From positions 75,578,001 through 75,642,000 of the forward strand of contig CM059430.1 in the NCBI GenBank assembly GCA_030390025.1: a stretch of 64,000 nucleotides of DNA, in the 5' to 3' direction. Each line of letters starts with the position of its first letter. Position 1 is the stretch's first letter. Under the pieces are notes generated by a model, which worked only from the letters and a program-made list of their open reading frames with translations, was not told the DNA's origin and made no database searches. Both the position numbers and the translations under genes were made by a program. Below are positions 51,707 to 61,931 of the stretch, piece by piece. Source of the DNA: Squalus acanthias (lineage: Eukaryota).

Positions 51707-54700
51707 GAAACAGGATTTGTTGCTATAGTTTGGTTCCTTCAGTTCATGCAAGATCAGCTGCACAATAAAATATTTCAGAAACTTCAGATTAAAAACCTAA
51801 GCTTGGCGTCAGGAGGTTATTGTTTTCCTATTCATCTCCCCTTCTTTATACATTTGGCGCTGCCCTGCTCTCTGGCCTTACCTTTCATTTGAGAACATCG
51901 GTATCTGCTGACAACACTCCAAACTCATCTCACTGAGAAGTGCAAGTTTTCCAAAACGTGTAAATATCAAAGATCTCAATAAAGAGATCCGGGCGGTGAG
52001 AAACTGATCTCTCCCCACCCTCCACCCCCTGTCCCACGTGGGCTATAGATTTGTCTAAGTTCTGGAGACATGTCGTTCATGTATCCATATACTAACCAAT
52101 GAGCAGTATTGTGAGCGAGATTACCAGACTCTCAGGGATGTTTAATTTCCGTTGCACTATACAAACAGGCAAGATTAGTTCGATGGATGTAATTTGATAT
52201 TCAACAGATTGTAGGGCATCAAGATTTCTGTGGCCTGCCGCTCATTAATCAATCCTAACTGCCGAACAGGGAATAAGAAAGAATGTGGCTGAGAGTAATG
52301 AAGTTGCAAATACTCAATAATGGGTCATATGTATTGTGGACCTGAAATTACGGTGGGAGGCTTCCCACGGGTGAATACCTCTGAACTGCAAGAAGTTGTG
52401 TGACACAAAATCCATACTTACCTGATGGCCCCCGGACATACGAAGACTGGCGCTCCTGGGCCTGCAAGAGTACGCCTGCGTAAAGGCCCATGTATCCCGG
52501 TTGTGCATGCGGTTCGGAACCGTTCTAGGTATCACGTGGGCCGGCCCGACCAATCAAGAACGGGGTTTCCATTATGCTTATGTTGATTCCATTTACGTAC
52601 GGAATCCCCATAAGCACAATAGGAATCACGTAAAAATTACATTTTCACACAACCTAAGTAAAACTAAATTTTCACTCGTTTAAAATTAATTAAAATTCAA
52701 TTTATTTAAACATATAAAACTTTTTTTTTAAATAAATGCAATATTTTATAGCGGCCGAAAATAACCGAAACAAATATTAAACGTTTTTTAATGTTTAAAT
52801 GATTTTTAAAATGTTATTTTAATATTTATTTAAACATGTACACTGGTAAAATAACGAAGAATGCCTGCTTTTACGAGGCGTAAGAGTTTCATGGGCATTT
52901 GTTGGGCAGTAGTGGGGCAAATAGTCCAATATTGTGCCAGCGAATGTCCATTTCCTTCAGATTCATACGATCTGTCAAGCTGAAACTTGACAAGTTCCGG
53001 GTTTTCATGCATGCGCGGTTAACCAGTGGCCTGTAGATAACGCCAGGACAAATTTCATCCCTTAATAATCCGAAGTGAGATAAACCGGGCTTTCGATACA
53101 CTATCGGACAAAATCACAATTAGCCACTGAAATCAACAAGAAAGCAGGATAAAGGCACGGTAATGTAGAAACACATTTTTCAAGCATGAAAACATTAAAC
53201 AAAGGTCAGCACTTTTTAATTTGTTTCTTCAAACTATACCTTAAATGTAAAAGCACTAAAAAAGCAACAATGAATTAAAATGTATCTGATCTTTTAGGTC
53301 ACGATCTTGTTGAAATGTGCAGTGTACTGCCGCATATTTATACATTTCATCTAAATATTGTAAGTGCCGAGATCACCCGTTACTTGCTGATTTCTGCATG
53401 TGCAGGGGGCGGGTCGATTTTACTGGTGTTGGCTCTCATCATTGGGAGGCGATGTCACTTAAGGAAAAATAAAGATAAATTGGCCCAAAGTATGCCGTCG
53501 GTATGATGGTGAACTGGCAGTGTTCGCCGTCATTCCGCCTTTAAAACTGACCGCAACTTCTGGATTTGGCACGTGCGCAGGCGGAAATACCGAAGTTGCG
53601 GTCAGTCATTGACAGCTCCCACACAGGCTACGCTGTGCCCACCCCCTCAACAGACCCAGCAATCCTTTTTTTCAGCCAAATCAGGGAAATTCATAAAAAG
53701 TTCGGCTCTTCTGCAGTAACTATGCTCTTAATTTCCCACTGAAAGTTAAACCCAATGGGATTAGGTGAAACTGGGGTTTTGACTGCATTATTACTGCTAA
53801 ACAAATGTTAAAGGACACTAAAACTAGTTTTCATTTTGTATAATATGAAATTATTCCATTTTAATATAAAATGAAAGCTTAAAAATATTTCAAAAATTGT
53901 TTTGTAAAGTTTCTCCATCTTTATTTCAGGTTTTCAATTCACCATCTGAGAGCCCCAATCTTTGTTTTCCTCCCTCTAACTATTTTTTTAAAGTTAGAAT
54001 TTTAAGAGCTTACTCACTTCCTTCTTCGCTGTCTGAGAATTATGTGTTTTCATTGGCTGCTCAGACAGCTAGTAGACCTTACAGCATTTCGCACAAGGGG
54101 AACCCCACTACAGTTCATTGATTTTAATTGCACGATGGGAACCTCGAAGTTCTCGACACATGGATTGCAATATCCTTGTGTGAAGCGTATTCGGGGCCAG
54201 CAGCGAATGCCTTCACTTCACTGCTGACCACAAATTAAGGAATTATTTATTATTTCTACTAAAGTAAGCACACATTTCAAAACTGGAGCTGGAACTTCCC
54301 TTTTCCATGTAGAGAGAAAGTTAGGTGATTGTAAATGAACATGTTTTCATCCTAAATTATTTCAAATGTAAGGATATACATAAGAGCATTTTCATCTATT
54401 AAATGCCATAATTGGCCCCATTTTACTCTGTCGCTCTAAAGATACATACAGAATTAGTGCAGAGTGAGTGCAGCACTTACACAACACACACATGGAAACA
54501 TTTTTCAATATCTGTGACAGTCGGTCAGAGGCATCCGAATCACAAGTCACCTGTGGATTGTGAAACAAGGTGTTGTTTAAAAGATACCATCAGCTGCAGT
54601 GAATAGTAAAAAGAAATCTGCTTTAACCTGTTGGACCCAGCGTATGTTGCGACCTCATAGCAACGTAGTCTATAATTCTGTACCCATTAACTGACACTAA

Positions 54701-56405
54701 CTAAACTAACTAAATCTAGAAAACGCGAGTTGATATCCCACAACCCCAATTGAGAATTTCAATTCAGTTTAATAAAACATGTAAACAAAAAGCTGGTATT
54801 AGTAAAAGTAACAACAAAGCTGTCGGATTGGCTTAAAACCCAACTGGTTCACGAATGTCCTTTGTGGTAGTAAACCTGCCGTCCGTACCCGGTTTGGACT
54901 ATATGTGACTCCAATCCCATACAATCTTGGTCGACTCTGAACTTCCCACTGAAGTATCCTTTCAAGCGATGGGCAATAAATGTTGGTCTTGTCAACGATG
55001 TCCGCATCCCGAGAATGAAGAAGAAACACACAGAAATTCATGGCTGGCCTTACAAGTATACGCCAGTGTGCGCCACTCACAGATACCTTTTATTTATTAT
55101 GCAGCGGTTGAACACGAAAAACGGCGAGAAATCGGCATACCCTTCAGTTCCCTCATTTACGCATCATAGCATCCAACTGAACTTGGACAACCCCAATGTC
55201 TTTGCCTCCAGCTCCTTGGTCGGAATATGCTGCTTCGCCGCAGCAGCCGGACGACCGAGCAACCATGGAGAAGCTTACCGGAAAATTGCAGGTTATAATG
55301 CTTAATTTCACAAAGAACATAAATGCTTTTGTCACTTTTTGCTGCAGCACGTATATAAACCTTGCCAGTTGCAGGTTATTACCTCAGATTAGTCCTACCA
55401 GTGGAACGACAAGAATGAACTATCTTCCCTTATATTTGAGTTAATTGGACTGATTCTGCCAGTAGGGCACTGAAGGTGTTGGTATGTTCTGCCGGCCGGG
55501 AGGCTGTGGGCCCGTAGTGACTGAATTTGCTTCCAATAATTCAATGAATAGACGTTCGACCCACGATTCTCTAGCGAGCTGGCATCGTTCTGTTCAGGCA
55601 GCAGCGAAACACGGTATCTGTCCTAGCATAGAATTATAGAATCATACAGCATAGACGAAGCCTATTCGGTCCATCGCGTCTGTGCTGGATCTTTGGAAAA
55701 GCTTTCCAATTGCATCCACTCACCTGCTCTTTCCCCATATCCCTGCAAATTTTTCCTTTTCGAATATATCCAATTAACTTTTTAAAGATAGTATTGAATC
55801 TGCTCAACCACCATTTCAGGTAGTGCATTCCAGATTATAACAAATCGCTGGAGTTTTGCCTTTTATCTTAAATCTATGGCCTCTATTTACTGATCACACT
55901 GCCAGTGGTAACAGTTTATTCTGATCTACTCTATTAAAACCCCACATAATTATGAACACCTCTATTCCATCTCCCATTAACCTTTTCTGTTATAAGGAGA
56001 ACAAACTGACTTTCTCTCATCTCTCCACATAACTGAAGTCCCTCAACCCTGGTACCATTCTGGTGAATATCCTCTGCACCCTCTCCAAGGTCTTGACATC
56101 CTACCTAAAATTTGGTGCGCAAAATTGGCTACAATACTCCAGCTGAGGCCTAACCATTGATTCATAAAGGTTCAGCATATCTTTCTTCCTTCTGTACACT
56201 ATGGCCGGAATTTTCCGTTGCTGAGCGTGAGGGTTTGGGGGCGGATCGGCAGTTAAACTCACGGAAATTGACAGCGTGTTGGCAACCCACCATCATCCCG
56301 TTGACTTCTGCATTTAACTTGGGTGCATTTGGAGATGCACCACGCAACCGCTCGGGAGAGGCGTGCGACCTCATTCAAGTACTTAAATGCTTGACGAGGG
56401 ACCCT
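51707..56405 (+). repeat. Segmental duplication, copy 2
   Basis: Colinear with 1-4810. Confidence 0.95.
53298..53506 (+). CDS. Orphan TM exon, open as a terminal exon (GHDLVEM..YLLISACAGGGSILLVLALIIGRRCHLRKNKDKLAQSMPSV*)
   Basis: cttttag acceptor at 53297 is phase-1 in frame; the donor has been lost (aaag|AT), so the frame runs to TGA at 53504-53506. Confidence 0.6.
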
Positions 56406-56835
56406 TAAGTGGGTTTTTACCAGCAGCTTCTGGCTTTATCTTCAAGAGCATGGGTTTCATGCAACTCTGGAACCTCGCTTGTGAAGAGGAGGCGGAAGCT
56501 CACTAGCCATTGTGCGAGTCCATTAATTGACAGCTGGGAAAATCACATTGCAAATGATTACTGGACAAATGGAAAGGATCTCGCTGACTCCATTTTGTGC
56601 AGAGATTTTGCTGTCAGCAGTTTGCAGGTCATTTCTGCAACCTCGGAATCCACTCCCACCACATTGCTAGTCACTAACATTGAGGGATTGGGCATCTGAT
56701 CTTCGCTTTAATGGCCATCTATTACATCAGCATGGGTGCCACTTATGCTTTCACACCTTGGACCTCAGAATCGAACCGAGATGAGCCCCAGCACCAACAA
56801 CACCAGCCACACCAGCAGCAGCAACAATCACAACA

Positions 56836-57132
56836 GGCGGCGGACCTGGGTGGAGCGGCAGCGGCGAGGCGGAGCTGAGAAAAGGCGGCGGCGACCAGGT
56901 AGGCCCACAGAGGTGGCGGACCTGGGTGGAGCGGCTGCGGCGAGGCGGAGCTGAGAAAAGGCAGCGGCGACCAGGTAGGCCCACAGAGGCGGCGGACCTG
57001 GGTGGAGTGGCTGCGGCGAGGCGGAGCTGAGAAAAGGCGGCGGCGACCAGGTAGGCCCACAGAGGCGGCGGACCTGGGTGGAGCAGCTGCGGCGAGGCGG
57101 AGCTGAGAAAAGGCGGCGGCGACCAGGTAGGC
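56836..57132 (+). repeat. 76-bp GC-rich tandem monomers (~3.9 copies) forming the CR1 5' end
   Basis: Units start at 56836, 56912, 56988 and 57064. Confidence 0.95.
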
Positions 57133-57403
57133 TTACCAATCTTCGCCCCCAGAGTGGGAGAGAGAGAAGTAGAAAATAATCAAATTGTGACGTCACCAGA
57201 AACCAGGTAAGTGATTGGTTGGTGAGTATTTCTCTTTTTCTCCTTTTTTCCATACTCAAATTCTGTGGTTTATAGTTTCTAGCGTCTCTGTGGTGTAGCG
57301 GGGACTGCTGTTAAGCAAGGGCCCTTGAGTATTTCATTTAGTTGAAGTGAAATTGGTGGGATTCAATTAGTTGAATTTTAATTAATTAATTAAAGGGTAA
57401 GTC

Positions 57404-58354
57404 ATGGCAGCAGAGCTCGGCGCCGTGATATGCTCCTCCTGCAATATGTGGGAAATCAGGGACACTTCCTGTGTCCCTGACGACCATGTGTGTGGGAAAT
57501 GTATCCAGCTGCAGCTACTGATGGACCGCATTGCGGCGCTGGAGCTGCGGCTGGATGCATATTGGAGCATTCGCGACGCTGAGAACGTCGTGAATAACAC
57601 ATTTAGCGAGTTGGTCACACCGCAGGTAAAGGATGTACAGACAGGAAGTGAATGGGTGACCACCAGGCAGAGTAAGAGGTGCAGGCAGGTAGTGCAGGGG
57701 TCCCCTGTGGCCATTCCCCTCTCAAACAGATATACCACTTTGGATGCTGTTGGGGGGGATGACTTATCAGGGGAAGGCGGCAGCAGCCAACTTCCTGGCA
57801 CCATGGGTGGCTCTGCTGCACAGGCTGGCAGGAAAAAGTGTGGAAGAGCTATAGTGATAGGGGATTCAATTGTAAGGGGAATAGATAGGCGTTTCTGCAG
57901 CCGCAATCGAGACTCCAGGATGGTGTGTTGCCTCCCTGGTGCAAGGGTCAAGGATGTCTCGGAGCAGCAACAGAACACTTTGGAGGGAGAGGGCGAACAG
58001 CCAGTTGTCGTGGTGCACATAGGCATCAACGATATAGCTAAAAAACGGGATGAGGTCCTAAAAGCAGAATATAGGGAGTTAGGAGGTAAATTAAAAAAGA
58101 GGACCTCAAAGGTAGTAATCTCAGGATTGCTACCAGTGCCACGTGCTAGTCAGAGTAGAAATAGGAGGATATTTCAAATGAATACGTGGCTAGAAGAATG
58201 GTGCAAGGGGGAGGGATTCAAATTCCTTGGACATTGGAACCGGTTCTGGGGGAGGTGGGACCAGTACAAACGGGACGGTCTGCACCTGGGCAGGGCCGGG
58301 ACCGATGTCCTAGGGGAAGTGTTTGCTAGTGCTGTTGGGGAGGGTTTAAACTAA
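57404..58354 (+). CDS. CR1 ORF1p: zinc finger / leucine zipper + SGNH (GDSL) esterase, intact 316 aa
   Basis: CSSC..CGKC, heptad leucines, IGDSIVR, CLPGAR, HIGIND, DGLHL. Confidence 0.92.
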   Translation: MAAELGAVICSSCNMWEIRDTSCVPDDHVCGKCIQLQLLMDRIAALELRLDAYWSIRDAENVVNNTFSELVTPQVKDVQTGSEWVTTRQSKRCRQVVQGSPVAIPLSNRYTTLDAVGGDDLSGEGGSSQLPGTMGGSAAQAGRKKCGRAIVIGDSIVRGIDRRFCSRNRDSRMVCCLPGARVKDVSEQQQNTLEGEGEQPVVVVHIGINDIAKKRDEVLKAEYRELGGKLKKRTSKVVISGLLPVPRASQSRNRRIFQMNTWLEEWCKGEGFKFLGHWNRFWGRWDQYKRDGLHLGRAGTDVLGEVFASAVGEGLN

Positions 58355-58357
58355 AGT

Positions 58358-61338
58358 GGCAGGGGGTTGGGAACCTGAGCAGGGAGACAGAGGAAAGGGA
58401 AATAAGGATAAAAGCTAAAGACAGGATGGAGAAAAACAAAAGTAGAAGGCAAAGAACTCAACGGTTTAAATCAAACATGGTCACAGTAAATAATAATTCA
58501 TATAGGTCTGAGAGCGTTAAAAAACAAGCCTGAAGGCCTGGTGTCTTAATGCAAGGAGCATTCGGAACAAGGTGGATGAATTAGCTGCGCAAATAGAGGT
58601 AAATGAATACGATTTGATTGGGATTACAGAAACATGGCTCCAGGGTGGGCAAGGCTGGGAACTCAACATCCAGGGTTATTCAATATTTAGGAAAGATAGG
58701 CAAAAAAGAAAGGGAGGTGGGGTAGCATTGCTGGTTAAAGAGGGGATTAACACAATTGAAAGGAAGGATATTAGCTCTGATGATGTGGAATCTGTATGGG
58801 TAGAACTGAGAAATAACAAGGGGCAGAAAACGTTAGTGGGAGTGGTATATAGACCTCCAAACAGTAATACGGAGGTTGGGGACAGCATTAAAAGATAAAT
58901 TAGAGAAGCATGCAGTAAGGGCACAGCAGTCATCATGGGTGACTTTAATTTACATATAGATTGGGCTAACCAAACTAGTTAAAATACTGTGGAGGAGGAA
59001 TTCCTAGAATGTTTACGAGACGGTTTTCTGGAACAATATGTCGAGGAACCAACCAGAAATCAGGCCATCTTCGACTGGGTATTATGCAATGAGAAAGGAT
59101 TAATTAGCAATCTTGTTGTACGAGGCCCCTTGGGTCAGAGTGATCATAATATGATGGAATTCTTCATTAGGATGGAGAGTGAAGTAGTTGAATCAGAGAC
59201 TAGGGTCCTGAATTTAAATAAAGGAAACTACGATGGTATGAGGCGCGAATTGGGAAGGATTGATTGGGGAATGTCACTCAAGGGGTTGACGGTGGATAGG
59301 CAATGGCAAACATTCAAAGACTGCAAGGATGAACTACAGAATTTGTACATCCCAGTGTGGCATAAGAATAAAACAAAAAGGGTGACTCAACCGTGGCTAA
59401 CAAGGGACATTAGGGATAGCATAAGATCCAAGGAGAGGGCAATTAAATTGGCCAGAAAAAGCGGTAGCCTTGAGGATTGGGAGCAGTTTAGGATTCAACA
59501 AAGGAGGACAAAGGGATTAATTAAAAAGGGGAAAATAGAATATGAAAGTAAGCTTGCTGGGAACATAAAAACTGACTGTAAGAGCTTTTATAGATATGTG
59601 AAGAGAAAAACATTAGTGAAATCAAGTGTAGGTCCCTTGCAGTCAGAAGCGGGGGAAGTTATAATGAGGAACAAAGAAATGGCAGCCCAATTAAATGCAT
59701 ATTTTGGTTCTGTCTTCACAAAGGAGGACACAAATAACCTCCCAGAGATGTTGGAGAACATACGGTCTGATGAAAGGGAGGAACTGAAAGAAATCAGTAT
59801 TTGCAGGGAAATGGTGTTAGGGAAATTGACGGTATTGAAGGCCGATAAATCCCCAGGGCCTGATAATCTACATCCTAGGGTACTTAAGGAAGAAGCCCTA
59901 GAAATAGTAGATGCATTGCTGATCATCTTCCAACATTCGATGGAATCTGGAACTGTATCCATGGATTGGAGTGTAGCTAATGTTACCCCACTATTCAAAA
60001 AGGGTGTTAGAGAGAAAGCGGGGAATTACAGACCGGTAAGCCTGACATCGGTAGTGGGGAAAATGCTAGAGTCCATTATAAAGGATGTAATAGCTGAGCA
60101 TTTGAAAAACAGTGACAGGATCGGACAAAGTCAACATGGATTTACAAAAGGTAAATCGTGCTTGACTAATCTACTGGAATTTTTTGAGGATGTAACTGGA
60201 AAAATAGATAACGGAGAACCAGTAGATGTGGTGTATTTGGACTTTCAAAAGGCTTTCGATAAGTTCCCGCATAAGAGATTAGCGGGTAAAGTTAAGGCAC
60301 ATGGGATTGTGGGCAAGGTATTGACTTGGATAGAGAACTGGTTGGCGGACAGAAAGCAAAGAGTAGGAATTAATGGGTCTTTTTCTGAGTGGCAAGCAGT
60401 GACTAGTGGGGCACCGCAGGGATCGGTCCTTCGACCCCAGCTATTCACAATATATATTAATGATCTAGATAAGGGAATTAAATGTAATATCTCCAAGTTT
60501 GCAGATGACACAAAGCTGGGTGGGAGTGTGTGCAGCGAGGAGGATAGCGAGAAACTCCAGGATGATCTGGACAGGTTGGGTGAGTGGGCAGAAGCGTGGC
60601 AGATGCAATATAACGTGGATAAGTGCGAGGTTATCCACTTTGGTGTCAATGGCAGAAGGGCAGACTGTTATCTGAATGGCAATAGATTGGGAGGGGGGGG
60701 GGTGCGGCGAGGCCTGGGTGTCCTTGTGCACCAGTCGCTGAGGGTGGGCATGCGGGTGCAGCAGGCGGTGGAGAGGGCGGGTCGTATGTTGGCCTTCATA
60801 GCGAAAGGGTTTTGAGTGTAGGAACAGGGATGTCCTGCTGCAGTTGTACAGGGCCTTGGTGAGACCACACCTTGAGTACTGTCTGCAGTTTTGGTCGCCT
60901 TATCTGAGGAAGGATGTTCTTGCCATGGAGGGAGTTCAGCGAAGATTCACAAGGCTGAAACCTGGGATGGCAGGAATGACATATGAGGAGAGATTGGGTC
61001 GATTGGGCTTATACTCACTGGAGTATAGAAGAATGAGAGGGGATCTCATCGAAACATATAACATTCTGACAGGTCTGGACAAACTAGATGCAGGAAGAAT
61101 GTTCCCGATGGTCGGAGAGTCCAGAACCAGGGGTCATAATCTACGGATAACGGGTAAACCATTTAGGACAGAAATGAGGAAGAATTTCTTCACCCAGAGA
61201 GTAGTGAACCTGTGGAATTCTCTACCACAGAAGGTAGTTGAGGCGAAGTCATTAAATATATTCAAGGATGAGTTAGATATATTTCTTAAAGCTAAAGGTA
61301 TCAAGGGTTATGGGGAGAAGGCAGGTACAGGGTACTGA
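58358..61338 (+). pseudogene. CR1 ORF2 (APE endonuclease + reverse transcriptase) with a few stops/frameshifts
   Basis: [29 protein letters not shown] and FADD motifs; stop at 58896, frameshift near 60813; start approximate. Confidence 0.92.
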
Positions 61339-61931
61339 GTTTAGATGATCAGCCATGATCTCATCGAATGGCGGAGCAGGCTCGAGGGGCCGAATGGCCT
61401 ACTCCTGCTCCTATCTTCTATGTTAACATTCTCCTCACCGAACTGAGGCTCAGGCAATCGCGCCATATCGAAGCAGACATCTGCAGCTTGCTGGAGCTTC
61501 GCCTGCTGCCCAGAGGACCTGGTGGACAGATCTTACCAGTGGCTGTCAAAGTCACCACCGCCCGCAACGTCTTCGCCTCAGGCTCCTTCCAGGGATATGC
61601 AGCAGACATTTGGAGGATCTCGCAGTCGGCCACCCACAGATGTATCACCCAGGTGAATGATGGCATGTTCGAAAGTCAGCCAATTATATCGACTTTGCCA
61701 CTGATGGAGCCAGTGTTACTGAGCGGGCGCTCTGCTTTGCGACTCTGGAAGGCTTCAAACAGGGGGAGGGCATCATCGATTGCACACATGTTGCCATCAG
61801 GGCAACCCATCATCACCCACGATTGCTTGTGAACCACAAGGGCTTCCACTCCCTCAAAGTGCAGCTAGTCTACAACCATAAAAAGATCATCATGCATGTG
61901 TGCGCCAGATTCCCTGGCAGATTTCATGATT

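Larger units (their letters stand above)
56836..61424 (+). mobile_element. Near full-length CR1 LINE
   Basis: 5' monomers, ORF1, ORF2, ttctatgtt tail, AACA target-site duplication (56832-56835 / 61425-61428). Confidence 0.95.
56203..61931 (+). mobile_element. PIF/Harbinger transposon split by two CR1 insertions
   Basis: TIR ggccggaattttcc; MSPSTNNT.. segment (56780) matches the 21.9-kb copy; resumes at 61425 with ASGSFQG, IDCTHV, HKGFHSL and ARFPG motifs. Confidence 0.85.

Noticed and set aside
56736-57259. Repetitive Arg/Pro-rich ORFs
   Set aside because: Products of the stop-poor 76-bp GC-rich monomers.
57382-58029. 215-aa antisense ORF and other antisense ORFs over the CR1s
   Set aside because: Shadow frames of CR1 ORF1/ORF2.
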